From NCBI GenBank assembly GCA_965199955.1, contig CBDATQ010000001.1, positions 2,080,001-2,144,000 of the forward strand: DNA of 64,000 nt, in the 5' to 3' direction. Within the stretch, counting starts at the first letter, position 1; each line of letters begins with the position of its first letter. Shown here piece after piece: positions 53,166-62,236 of the stretch. Source of the DNA: Spirochaetia bacterium. Its GTDB lineage: Bacteria; Spirochaetota; Spirochaetia; SZUA-6; Bin103. Under the pieces are notes generated by a model. It ran no database searches. It saw only the letters and a list, made by a program, of their open reading frames with translations, and was not told where the DNA came from. The position numbers were made by a program, and so were the translations under genes.

Positions 53166-53402
53166 CGTCGATGGCCCGATGAGTCACGGAGATCACCTGA
53201 CCGTTCTCGTCGTCGATGCGAACGATCTTGTAAGCGTCGTCTCGGGTCGGTGTGTAAAGCCGCGGCAAGTGGAGCCAGCGGCTGGTCGCTGAACGACCGG
53301 AAGAACCCGATCGTTACATCGTCCGACGCGGCTGACGCCTTCGTCGGCGTAGAGCGTGGTGATGTAATCCTTCGCGGCTCTTACCGCTTCCTGCACGTCC
53401 AT
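53155..53402 (-). pseudogene. PIN-partner protein with deletion and frameshifts
   Basis: MDVQEAVRAAKDYI..LYADEGVSRVG / VTIGFFR / YKIVRIDDENGQVISVTHR in different frames. RBS GAGGAG; stop lies inside the PIN start region. Confidence 0.6.
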
Positions 53403-53478
53403 CTCCTCGACCATAGCACAGGGTCTTCCACGAGCCGCGAGCGCTACGTCGAGAACGGACCCGAGACCCTCCGGCCGC

Positions 53479-54678
53479 TTATTCGTCCACTTCGGGGAGG
53501 TGGCAGCGGGCTGCCTCGGTGCCGTGCGCCAGGGTGACTTCCGGACGCCACCGGAATCTGCCGAGCGCGGGGTTGTCCACGTCCGTGGCCGCGTCAGCAA
53601 TCAATCCGCCGAGCACCGGCGCGAACTTGAATCCGTGGCCGCTGCCGCCGCCGGCCACCGTCAGTCCGACCCGTCCCGGGTCGCGTGCGATCCAGAAGTC
53701 CTCGTCCTGCGTGTCGGCGTACAGGCACAGGCGGGTGTACACCACGGGAGCGTCAGCCAGGGCCGGAAAGGTGTCGCGAAGAAAGCTGCGGAGGCGCGTC
53801 TCCGCGCCGGCTGCAAGGTGGCGCGGAGCGTCGGGATCGATCGGCCGGCCGAGCGCGTGGGAGCCGATCTTGACCACGCCCTGTGGGTTGACCGGGAAGC
53901 CGTAGTAGCCGGTGCGCGCCACGTCGGCCGTGAACGTCGGAAACCGCTCAGCCCGGAACAGGACGGGGTCGGCGGGACGCAGGTGGAACACCGGGTGGCC
54001 GCTCGCGCGAATCGCGCCCGAAACCGGTGGGTGCAAGGTGCCCGCCCAGGCGCCGGTGGCCAGCACCACGGCGTCGGCTTCAAGGTCCTGGCCCTGGTCG
54101 GTGCGCACGCCGCGGACGCCGCCGGCTCGTTCGATCAGCGCCGTCATCCGGGTGCCCTCGCGCACTGTGACTCCCTCGCCAAGTGCCCGCCGCGCGAGCG
54201 CAGCGACTACCTTGCCACTCTCCGCGTAGCCGCCCTTGTGATGGTAGAAGCCGTCGACGAAGCGGCTGGTGCTCCACGCGGGGTAGCGGTTGGTGATGGT
54301 AGCCGCGTCCATGCGCTCGGGCCGGTGGGAGCGGTCCAGGAGCGTACGGTAGCTGTCGTGCTCGAAGCCGCCGGGCGCCATCGGATCGCGGGTGACCATC
54401 AGCACGCCGCTCTCGTGATACAGCGGGCCGGTGCCGTCCGCCGTCCAGCGCTCGTTCCAGCGCAGCCAGCCGGCGTGAGCTTCCTCCATGAGCGCCATGT
54501 AGTCCCGGTCGGGGCCGTACTCCATGCGTACGACCTTGCTGATGTCGGTGCTGGCGGCCAGTGGCGCCGGGATCGGGCCCGGGTCGAGCAGGGTCACCGC
54601 GTGGCCGCGGGCGCGCAGCTCCAGTGCCGCGGTGACGCCGAAGATGCCGGCGCCGACGACGATGAACCGGTCCGCCAT
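53479..54678 (-). CDS. sarcosine/fructosyl-amine oxidase-like FAD oxidoreductase
   Basis: VVGAGIFG, ASTDISK..R, RLCLYADT.D, GSGHGFKFAP..G. Confidence 0.9.
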   Translation of the reverse strand: MADRFIVVGAGIFGVTAALELRARGHAVTLLDPGPIPAPLAASTDISKVVRMEYGPDRDYMALMEEAHAGWLRWNERWTADGTGPLYHESGVLMVTRDPMAPGGFEHDSYRTLLDRSHRPERMDAATITNRYPAWSTSRFVDGFYHHKGGYAESGKVVAALARRALGEGVTVREGTRMTALIERAGGVRGVRTDQGQDLEADAVVLATGAWAGTLHPPVSGAIRASGHPVFHLRPADPVLFRAERFPTFTADVARTGYYGFPVNPQGVVKIGSHALGRPIDPDAPRHLAAGAETRLRSFLRDTFPALADAPVVYTRLCLYADTQDEDFWIARDPGRVGLTVAGGGSGHGFKFAPVLGGLIADAATDVDNPALGRFRWRPEVTLAHGTEAARCHLPEVDE

Positions 54679-54740
54679 TCCGTGGCAGCATGCCACGAAC
54701 GCGAGTGATGCGAGTGATCGACAGGTCGGGGGATGTCTCC

Positions 54741-55325
54741 TCAGGGGGCGAGCAAGCTGCGCTCCCACGACCCGTTCTCCGCACGGCGGTACTCCACGCG
54801 CCGGTGCAGCCGGTCCGGGCGTTCCTCCCAGAAGACGAACCGGTCCGGGAGCAGGCGGTAGCCTCCCCAGCGCGCCGGCCGTGGGACATCGAAGTTGCGC
54901 ACGCGTTCCTCGATACTCATCACGACGGTGTGGAGCAGCGCCGGGTGGTCGATCCGCGTCCCCTGGCGCCACGACGCGATGGCGATCTGCGCGTCGCGCG
55001 GCCGCTCGCGAAACGCCGCTTCGTCCTCGGCCGCCGACGTCTCCTCGACTCGACCGCCCACGCGGACCTGCCGGGCGAGTTCCCGCCAGTAGCCCAGCAG
55101 CACCGCGCGCGGATTGGCGCGGAGCTGCTCGCCCTTGGCGCTCTCGCGGTCGGTGAAGAACACGAAGCCGTCGCGTCCGGATCCGCGCACCATCACCATG
55201 CGGGCGTCGGGCACGCCGTCGGCGTCCGCGGTCGCCAGCGCCATCGCCTGCGGCAGCACCGCGCCGGCGGCGCGCGCGTCGGCCAGCCAGCGGTCGAACA
55301 GCTCGAACGGGTCGGCGGCGGTCAT
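54741..55325 (-). CDS. pdxH: pyridoxine/pyridoxamine 5'-phosphate oxidase
   Basis: DPFELF..W, MALAT, P.AR.V, SAKG.QL..NP, RQVR, WGGY, DRLH.R. Confidence 0.9.
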   Translation of the reverse strand: MTAADPFELFDRWLADARAAGAVLPQAMALATADADGVPDARMVMVRGSGRDGFVFFTDRESAKGEQLRANPRAVLLGYWRELARQVRVGGRVEETSAAEDEAAFRERPRDAQIAIASWRQGTRIDHPALLHTVVMSIEERVRNFDVPRPARWGGYRLLPDRFVFWEERPDRLHRRVEYRRAENGSWERSLLAP

Positions 55326-55379
55326 CGGATCTCGCCCTAATGATCGCCAATTGGGCCGGAAATGTCCGCTTCCAGCCGC

Positions 55380-55755
55380 GGCGCATGCACCGGCCGCGAT
55401 CGACACGGTCACCAGCCTGGGTGCCCACATCAGGCCGGCGCTGCTGCTGACCGAGATCCGCGCCGTGGCTGCCGACCGGCTGTGGCTGAGCCCCTTCCAC
55501 GGGCGCGACTCGCTGGCCATCCACTTCTCCTGGCGCAACGACTGGGAGGCGGTGCGGGCGGTGCTTCCGCGTCTGGAAGAGGCGCTCGCTCCATACCGCG
55601 CGCGCTTACACTGGGGGAAGCTCTTCGTGTATCCGCGCGAGTACCTGGAGCAGGTCTACGGAGCGTCGATGCAGCGCTTCCGCGACGCCGCCCGGGCGCT
55701 CGACCCGCGGGGCCGGTTCCGCAACGCGTTCCTGGTGCCGCGCGGACTGATGTAG
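55380..55755 (+). pseudogene. alditol oxidase (ALO domain) C-terminal remnant
   Basis: EIR.VAAD.LWLSP, HFSW, HWGK, DP.G.F.N. No FAD-binding N-terminus. Confidence 0.75.
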
Positions 55756-55759
55756 TCGT

Positions 55760-56110
55760 TGAACGCGCAGCAGGGTACGGCCACGTCGATGCGCTCGTCG
55801 CATGCCGCCGCCGGAATTGCCGAGCATGAGCACGCCGCCTTCGGCCACCTCGGGTAGCGCGACCAGTCGATCAGGCGCATCAGGTCCCAGACCCGTTCGC
55901 CGATCAAGGTGCGCCCCGCAAGCGCGACCTGCCATGCGTGGCACCGGCAGTCGCGGCCGACCTTGCCGGCGACGTCCCGTATGCGATAGCTCGACGGGTT
56001 GTTCCCCATGCCACGAGTCGCCGGTGCTATTGGCCAGGAAGCCCCGCTTCGCCGCCTGCACGGCGACGTCCTGATCCGTACGCTCGATCTTCTCCCTGGT
56101 CTGGGCCGTG
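55760..56110 (-). pseudogene. alpha/beta-hydrolase remnant
   Basis: GRTLIGERVWD..R.IDW, MLGNSGGG and AACDERI in shifting frames. Confidence 0.65.
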
Positions 56111-56178
56111 TCCCAGACGCCGGCGTACTCGTCTCCTGCCGCGGGCCGTTCATCGGCACGATGATATAGAGTCCGAGG

Positions 56179-57606
56179 ATGGATATCCGTCAGGAGATGA
56201 CGTTCGACGGCAGGAGTTATCCGGGATGGGTCTGGCCCGTTGCGGCCGACGGCGTCGAGTGCGTGCCCGGCGGAGCGATCCTGCGTTCCACGGGTGACGA
56301 AGCGGTGTCGGTGGGGGCCGCGGACGTCCATACCTGGAACGGCGACGCCATCGAGCTCACGTTCCGGACGCAAGGCGATGCGCGCGGCACGCTGGAGTTC
56401 GGGTACTTCGGCGGGGCGGAGCGCGCCGTCGCGGTGGTGGACTTCGCCGCGTCGACGCTCGCCCTGTGGACCAGCGACTGGCGCCTTGGTCAGCCGGTCG
56501 CCTCCGTCAAGATCGACATCGCCCCGGATCGGGACCACCTGCTGCGCCTGCGCAAGACCGACGGCGGCGGCACCCTGATCGGATTGTCCGACATGGAGCT
56601 GTTCTGGGACGCGCGGAGCGTGATCCGCTCACCCGGTCAGGACGTGCTTCCCGAGATGGGGGTGCGCCTGGCGGTGTGCAACCAGACGATCCTGGCGCGC
56701 CGCTTCGTGCTCTACGGAGAGCAGCCTCCCGTACCGGAGTACCTCCACGTCGGCGGCTACCAGGTCCTCAACCAGCCTTCCATCGAGGCGAACCTGCAGG
56801 CCATCTGCCGGGGTGCGCGGCAGGCGGCCGAGCTGGGGATCCAGTTTCTGGTGACTCCCGAGACGAGCCTGACCGGCCTGTTCGCCGAGCACGAGGTGAC
56901 GCAGAATCCCGAGCCCGTCAAGGAGGCCGAGGACAAGCTGCGGAGGTTCCTTGCCGAGTTGCCGGGTGCTCCGTTTCTGGTGGTCGGGTTGCCCGTCTGG
57001 GACAGGGATCCGGAGCACCCCGACCGCGTGATTCGCTACAATGTATCGCGCGTCTACGACCCGGACGGCGATATTCTCGCCGACTGCCCGAAGATCCACT
57101 CCTGCGAGGTCGACTTCTGGCACGGTCAGAGCCTGAACGAGTTCGACGTTCACGGTGTGCCCGTCAGCCTCCACGTCTGTCACGACGCGCGCTACCCGGA
57201 TACCTGGACGCTGCCGGCCATGTTCGGAGCCCGCCTGATCCTCCATCCTGCCAACGGCGGCAAGCAGCAGGGCAGCGTGGATGGCCTGGAGCGCATGGCA
57301 CACGCGGCCGTGACCTCCAGTCATGCCTTCTATCTGCACGTGAATGGGGGAGGCGGCAGCTACCTGGTGAGCCCCCACAAGTACGACAACCTGCTTGCCA
57401 CGAGCCTGGAATCGAGACGCGACAACCCGGCGTTCCCGATGGTCGGCGACCCGGTCGAGTGTCTGCTGCACGCCAACCTGCGCATCCACGATGCGTTCGG
57501 GTACTGGCCGGTTCGTTCCTTCCGGGTGTCCGAGGCCTCGGCTCGCGCCTACGTCGATCTGTACCGGGCGCGCGGCGGATCGAGGGCAACCCCGGCCGAC
57601 CCATAG
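56179..57606 (+). CDS. carbon-nitrogen hydrolase with N-terminal beta-rich domain
   Basis: Glu-Lys-Cys triad (TPET, PKIH, VCHDARYP) in the C-terminal half. Confidence 0.85.
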   Translation: MDIRQEMTFDGRSYPGWVWPVAADGVECVPGGAILRSTGDEAVSVGAADVHTWNGDAIELTFRTQGDARGTLEFGYFGGAERAVAVVDFAASTLALWTSDWRLGQPVASVKIDIAPDRDHLLRLRKTDGGGTLIGLSDMELFWDARSVIRSPGQDVLPEMGVRLAVCNQTILARRFVLYGEQPPVPEYLHVGGYQVLNQPSIEANLQAICRGARQAAELGIQFLVTPETSLTGLFAEHEVTQNPEPVKEAEDKLRRFLAELPGAPFLVVGLPVWDRDPEHPDRVIRYNVSRVYDPDGDILADCPKIHSCEVDFWHGQSLNEFDVHGVPVSLHVCHDARYPDTWTLPAMFGARLILHPANGGKQQGSVDGLERMAHAAVTSSHAFYLHVNGGGGSYLVSPHKYDNLLATSLESRRDNPAFPMVGDPVECLLHANLRIHDAFGYWPVRSFRVSEASARAYVDLYRARGGSRATPADP

Positions 57607-57759
57607 TGGCGGCGGCCCGGACAAGCGTCGGCAATAATGAACCCCGCATATCGGCAATTGAACTGAACCGCTTCGCGGTGGGGGTGGCGTCTGGCGCGCG
57701 ACAGCGTCTGCCGTTTCGAGTCTCGGAGCCCTTCTCCCACACGTCCCATACGTGATGTC

Positions 57760-57958
57760 TGAACTATCCGCTGGCCGATCTGCTGCGCACAAGCCTGCTG
57801 CTGCTCGGCCAGGGCCTGGCGCGACCACGACGACGCCGACCGGTTACGGCATGACCGGAGCTTTCGCGTGGCCAACGACACCCGCCGCGGCGCCATCGCG
57901 CTGGAGGCGGAAAACGTGCTGCCCTCGCAACCTGGACCTGTCCCGGTCTGGTGGACAG
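57760..57958 (+). mobile_element. IS1380-family transposase remnant
   Basis: YPLADLLRTSLLLLGQG/WRDHDDADRLRHD.SFR...LPSQP/LSRLVD across frameshifts. Confidence 0.65.
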
Positions 57959-58048
57959 TTAATCGCTGAGGATTCTGTCCTCGCTGAAGAGCGTTCTACC
58001 CCGCTCTACCCGACGGGCGTGGCTGCGTGGTAGAGTCGAGGAGCGGCG

Positions 58049-58179
58049 CGTTCATTGAGAGAACCAGCGGGCCGGACATGCGGCCGGGGGACGGAGGGTA
58101 TCGCCATGGATTTACTGAGCGGACACATCGCCTCTGGACCCGCCCCGGAGCGGATGTTCTCGCAGAGCGGAGGACAGCT
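58049..58179 (+). repeat. conserved 5' leader, copy 1
   Basis: Collinear blocks shared with 58760-58877. Confidence 0.75.
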
Positions 58180-58584
58180 ATGTTGTCAAAGTTGCTTCTC
58201 GCCGTCGTGTTGCTCGTGGGTGCCGCGTTCGTCGCGGTCCCGCAGGACGTCGACGGGCTCAGCGACGCGGAGATCGCGGAGATTTCCGACGTATTCGCCG
58301 AGCATGGGTACGCGAACCGCACGGGGCTGAGCTGCACGGTTCACCCGCCGGAGACCACGACTACCCATCATTCGGTGACCACGCTGGTCTTCGAGGATTT
58401 GGAAGGGGGAGTGTGCAGATACGAGCGTCGTGAGTGGTCCGTGACCACGACCAAATACTGCACGACCTGTCAAGTCTGCATCGGCGTCGGAGACGTCAAG
58501 GTGTGCTTCCCGCCGAAGAAGATCTGTGTGTCGACCTCCAGGAAGTCTTCGGTGACGGTCACCACCTGGGACGAGGACTGCTAA
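58180..58584 (+). CDS. secreted Cys/Thr-rich small protein (134 aa, 8 Cys)
   Basis: Signal peptide MLSKLLLAVVLLVGAAFVAVP, RBS GGAGG, downstream hairpin. Confidence 0.75.
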   Translation: MLSKLLLAVVLLVGAAFVAVPQDVDGLSDAEIAEISDVFAEHGYANRTGLSCTVHPPETTTTHHSVTTLVFEDLEGGVCRYERREWSVTTTKYCTTCQVCIGVGDVKVCFPPKKICVSTSRKSSVTVTTWDEDC

Positions 58585-58623
58585 CGGCCGGGTGAGCGCA
58601 CTTCCTGTCGTGCTTACCATTCA

Positions 58624-58655
58624 GGGAGGCCCTGGGCGGGGAACCAGGGCCTCCC
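58624..58655 (+). terminator. 12-bp hairpin, probable terminator or stabiliser
   Basis: GGGAGGCCCTGG-N8-CCAGGGCCTCCC with a weak U tract. Second hairpin at 58669-58690. Confidence 0.6.
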
Positions 58656-58759
58656 GTTCCATGTCCATCGCCTCGATGAGCGTCGAGGCGCCGCGCCGAC
58701 TCGGCCATTGCGCAAGGGAAAATCAGCTCTTGCCTGATGCGGGCGGCGTGCGCGCGTGT

Positions 58760-58877
58760 CGTTCATTGGGGGAGACCAGCGGGCCGTGTCACGGAGGATA
58801 GCGTCATGGGTGGCGATGCACGACACTTCGTCTCTTGGAACCGCCCCGGAGGCGGCCTTAGCCTGTGGAGGGCTTGT
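58760..58877 (+). repeat. conserved 5' leader, copy 2
   Basis: Collinear blocks shared with 58049-58179. Confidence 0.75.
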
Positions 58878-59081
58878 ATGAACCGATCGAGACTATTCTC
58901 CGTGGCCTTCGCGGCAGCTTGCAGCGCCGCACTGGTGACCGTGGGAACGGCCAGCGCCGACACCCCCAACGACAAGGCCGACGACGCCTACGTCGAATGC
59001 GTCAACGAATGGAGTAGCTTCCGTCTCAAGACGATCGGCGACGTGGCGCCACAGCACGAGATGTCGACGGGAGGAAAGTGA
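58878..59081 (+). CDS. secreted small protein, possibly truncated
   Basis: MNRSRLFSVAFAAACSAALVTVGTASA-DTP signal peptide; RBS GGAGG. Confidence 0.55.
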   Translation: MNRSRLFSVAFAAACSAALVTVGTASADTPNDKADDAYVECVNEWSSFRLKTIGDVAPQHEMSTGGK

Positions 59082-59099
59082 CTTCCGAATTCTTCGTGG

Positions 59100-59327
59100 C
59101 CAGCGAGCTGACGGCCGCGGCCGCAGCCTGTTACCGACCTGGTGATGCCGGTGTTCCGGAGCATGACGGGGGTCGAGTTGACCGGCCCGGTGATCACGCC
59201 GGCTGCGGTCGTCCCGGGCGTCGCGGCGTCGCTCGGCATCGGCGGGCTGCTCGGTACGCTGCCGGTCTTCTCAGCCCTGTCGTCACCGATCGCGGAAGGG
59301 ATCCGCGACCAGTGATCCGCGACCAGT
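59100..59327 (+). pseudogene. C-terminal remnant of a MacB/FtsX permease, paralogous to 61680-61860
   Basis: TGPVITPAAVV.GVAASLGIGGLLGTLPVFSALS.PIAEGIRD, near-identical to the end of 60574-61860. 14-bp tandem duplication at 59300-59327. Confidence 0.8.
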
Positions 59328-60570
59328 GATCCACGGCGAGGACCTGCGCCTCGGCATCCGCTCGCTGCTCGGCCGGCCGGCCGAGTCGGTGCTGCTCGCG
59401 GTAGCCGTCGCGTTCGCGGTGGGGGCGACGGTAACCGGAATTACGCTGGCAGCCGCGGCGGCGACAATCTCCGACCGGCTGCTCTCGTCGCTCCACCATC
59501 GAGAGATCGTCGTCACCACGACGATGACGAGCACGACCGCGGAGGCGCCGGCGCGGCTTGTCCCACCCGATGTCGAGTTGACCTTCGAGGACTTGGATCG
59601 AGCCCGCTCGGTGACCGACGCGGTGCAGTACGCATACCTAGCCGAGAGCGAGTTCTACCACGTCGAGGCGATCGGCGACCCGCCGCCACGGCTCGAAGAC
59701 CTCTCCGTGGTCAAGGTGACGCCCGAGTACTTCGCCGCCCGCGAGCTGGCGGCCGCGGACGGCAGCCTGTTCACCCCGGCCGACATGGAGCGCGGCGAGC
59801 CGGTCATGGTGGTCGGCTCGGAGATTGGCGCGACACTGTTCGACGATGGTCGGGCGCTCGGCCGCGACATAGTGGCGGACTTTCGACGCTTTCACATCGT
59901 CGGCGTGCTGGAGCGCAGCGGCACCGACGCAGATGAGCGGGCGTTCGTTCCAGCAGGCGTCCTGCGGGAGAATTACCGACCGTCCGGCGATGGGACGGAA
60001 CGGATCGGTGGAATAGCCAGGTTCGGGCCCGATCAGACCAGCTTGCGATTCACGGTTGCCGATCGCGCGCTGGTGGGCGAGGCACGCGCGCAGGTGGCCG
60101 CGTATTTCGACGCCACCTACGGCGACAGTACGCTCAACATCACCGACCCACGCGCGGAGGCGCGCGCGGTAGCAGACCGCTACCGGCGCCTGGTCCGCGT
60201 CATCCTGCTCCTGGCGCTGTCGGCGTTGCTGATCGCCACGTTGAACATGTCGAGCATCTTCTCCGGCCGCGCGCTGCGCAGGCGGCGCTCGGCCGGCATC
60301 CTGAAGGCGATGGGAGCCGCCGGTACGCGGGTGTTCGTCGTGTTCCTGGTGGACGCGCTGGTGATGGGAGCGATCGGCAGCGCGGCCGGCGTGGGGCTTG
60401 CGATGCTGCTGGATCACCTGTTGGCGCGGGAATTCGGATTGGGGGGACTCGATGCGGGCCTGATCGCGGCGGGAGTGGGGGCGTCGTGGATCCTCGTCGC
60501 CGCCTGCAGCGTGGTGCCGGCGACGGCGGCGGCGCGCGCACCGGCGGCGGACGCGATCCGCTACGAGTAG
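59326..60570 (+). CDS. MacB/FtsX-type ABC permease
   Basis: N-terminal TM, periplasmic domain (G..FT..D), GILKAMGA, PA..AA...ADAIRYE. Confidence 0.88.
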   Translation: MIHGEDLRLGIRSLLGRPAESVLLAVAVAFAVGATVTGITLAAAAATISDRLLSSLHHREIVVTTTMTSTTAEAPARLVPPDVELTFEDLDRARSVTDAVQYAYLAESEFYHVEAIGDPPPRLEDLSVVKVTPEYFAARELAAADGSLFTPADMERGEPVMVVGSEIGATLFDDGRALGRDIVADFRRFHIVGVLERSGTDADERAFVPAGVLRENYRPSGDGTERIGGIARFGPDQTSLRFTVADRALVGEARAQVAAYFDATYGDSTLNITDPRAEARAVADRYRRLVRVILLLALSALLIATLNMSSIFSGRALRRRRSAGILKAMGAAGTRVFVVFLVDALVMGAIGSAAGVGLAMLLDHLLAREFGLGGLDAGLIAAGVGASWILVAACSVVPATAAARAPAADAIRYE

Positions 60571-60573
60571 GCG

Positions 60574-61860
60574 ATGCGCACGCTGCGGTCGGCGCTGAGC
60601 AGCCTGGGGCGTTCGCCCGTCAAGACTTCGGTCATGCTGGCGACGGTCGGTCTGGGGGTGGCCGTGCTCATCTTGGCGCTGTCGATCAGCACCGCGTTCG
60701 CTCGGCTGATCGCCGAACGCCTGGACGGCTCGGGCCGGGTCGTCATGGTCCAGGTCAGCAGCCCCGAGGCCGACGAAAAACCTGGCGACGGCATTCCCGC
60801 TGATGACGTACGTAAGATCATCGATACGCTGGTCCAGGACGTCGACTCGGTCGCGGCGGCGACCGAGATCGATTCCGCCTTCCTGACCACCTTCATCGTC
60901 GGGGATGCCACGTACGAGATTCGAAGTGTGCTCAGCGTCTCGGAGGCATACCTGGACATCATGGATCTGGACGTGGTTGTGGGCAGTGGCTTCACCGGCG
61001 GAAGTGGCGACGCTCTCGTCAGCGCGTCGCTGGCGGAGGTCCTGTTCGGGTCCCCGGTCGCAGCGTTGGGTCAGCCGCTGCAGACGGCCGTACCCCGCAT
61101 CGAGATTCGAGGCAGCTTTCCGGACGATGACGCGTTCTTTCGCGACAGATTCTCGCGCGCGTACACGGTGCGCGGGGTATTCGCGGACCCGGATGAGCTT
61201 CGCCGCCGAGCCTACGGCGTCGCCGACATGTTGGTTCCTGCGGAGGGAACGGGAGGCCGGGCCACGTATTATTCGCAGCTTCGGTTTGTGATCGGCGTGA
61301 CGACCGGCAGGTTGGCGACTCTGGAGAGCCAGGTGCGAGCCGCGATTGCCGCCCGGTTCGGTGACGATCTTGGCGTGAAGGTGTGGGAAGGGGAGCCGTC
61401 TCACGCCAACGGTGTGCTGGAGAGCATCCGGTCTACCGTACGAACCTTTTCGCTGGTGGTGAATCTGCTCGCGGTCCTGCTGCTGGCCACCGGCGGCGTG
61501 GGCCTTCTCAGCATCATGGTCGTGGAGGTGCTGAGCCGTTCGCGCCAGATTGCGCTTTCCCGTGCGTTCGGAGCCACGAAAGCGGCGATCGTACGCGAAT
61601 TCCTCGCCCGATCGCTGATCATGATGGGCGCGTCGTCGGTGCTGGGCGTGGTGCTGAGCCTGTTCCTGTCGGCGCCGCTCACCGATCTGGTGGTACCGAT
61701 CTTCCAGGACGTGACAGAGATGGAGATGACCGGCCCGGTGATCACGCCGGCTGCGGTCGTCGCAGGCGTCGCGGCATCGCTCGGCATCGGCGGGCTGCTG
61801 GGGACGCTGCCGGTGTTCTCCGCCCTGTCGGCACCCATCGCCGAAGGGATTCGCGACTAA
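60574..61860 (+). CDS. MacB/FtsX-type ABC permease
   Basis: GGVGLLSIM.V.V..R..IAL.RAFGATK..I..EFL. Confidence 0.9.
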   Translation: MRTLRSALSSLGRSPVKTSVMLATVGLGVAVLILALSISTAFARLIAERLDGSGRVVMVQVSSPEADEKPGDGIPADDVRKIIDTLVQDVDSVAAATEIDSAFLTTFIVGDATYEIRSVLSVSEAYLDIMDLDVVVGSGFTGGSGDALVSASLAEVLFGSPVAALGQPLQTAVPRIEIRGSFPDDDAFFRDRFSRAYTVRGVFADPDELRRRAYGVADMLVPAEGTGGRATYYSQLRFVIGVTTGRLATLESQVRAAIAARFGDDLGVKVWEGEPSHANGVLESIRSTVRTFSLVVNLLAVLLLATGGVGLLSIMVVEVLSRSRQIALSRAFGATKAAIVREFLARSLIMMGASSVLGVVLSLFLSAPLTDLVVPIFQDVTEMEMTGPVITPAAVVAGVAASLGIGGLLGTLPVFSALSAPIAEGIRD

Positions 61861-61882
61861 GCCCGAGTGCGCGCGCAATTTC

Positions 61883-61921
61883 TTGACGCAGTGCGCATGA
61901 TGTCATTACCGTTACATGTAA
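61883..61921 (+). promoter_or_regulatory. promoter with palindromes upstream of the RHH-like genes
   Basis: TTGACG (61883)-N18-TACCGT (61907). Dyads ATGATGTCAT (61897-61906) and TTACATGTAA (61912-61921). Confidence 0.55.
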
Positions 61922-61947
61922 TTCCAGGTTCGGCAAGGGTAGTGCGG

Positions 61948-62207
61948 ATGGATGAGGACAGCTCGAAGTCGGAATCTCAGGGGAAGCCCGATGGAAAGGG
62001 GCCGCGCATCTTCCGGGTCGACGCGGAGCGGATTGCCGAGGGGCCTTCGGAGGCCGGTTCATGGGCCTCGACAAGCTCGCCGAGCAGACGCGGATCATCC
62101 GGGAGGTCAAGGACCGGCTGAAAGCGACGCTCAAGGATGAGGAGCTTCCGCGGAAACAAGGCAGCGGGGCGGCCGTGATCATCACGGACGCTGACCAGAT
62201 CAAGTGA
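61948..62207 (+). pseudogene. internally deleted paralog of 62237-62710
   Basis: ESQGK..GK.PRIFRVD..RIAE joined directly to DKLAEQTRIIREVKDRLK..LKDEELPRK...VIITDADQ. Confidence 0.8.
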
Positions 62208-62236
62208 CGGTCCCGTGAGGACCGGTGGGTAAGCAC

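Noticed and set aside
57932..57958. IS3-like terminal inverted repeat
   Set aside because: Better explained as IS1380 coding remnant (SQP/LSRLVD); no partner repeat found.
58049..58877. Glycine or c-di-AMP riboswitch identity for the repeated leader
   Set aside because: Only fragmentary resemblance; core consensus elements are missing.
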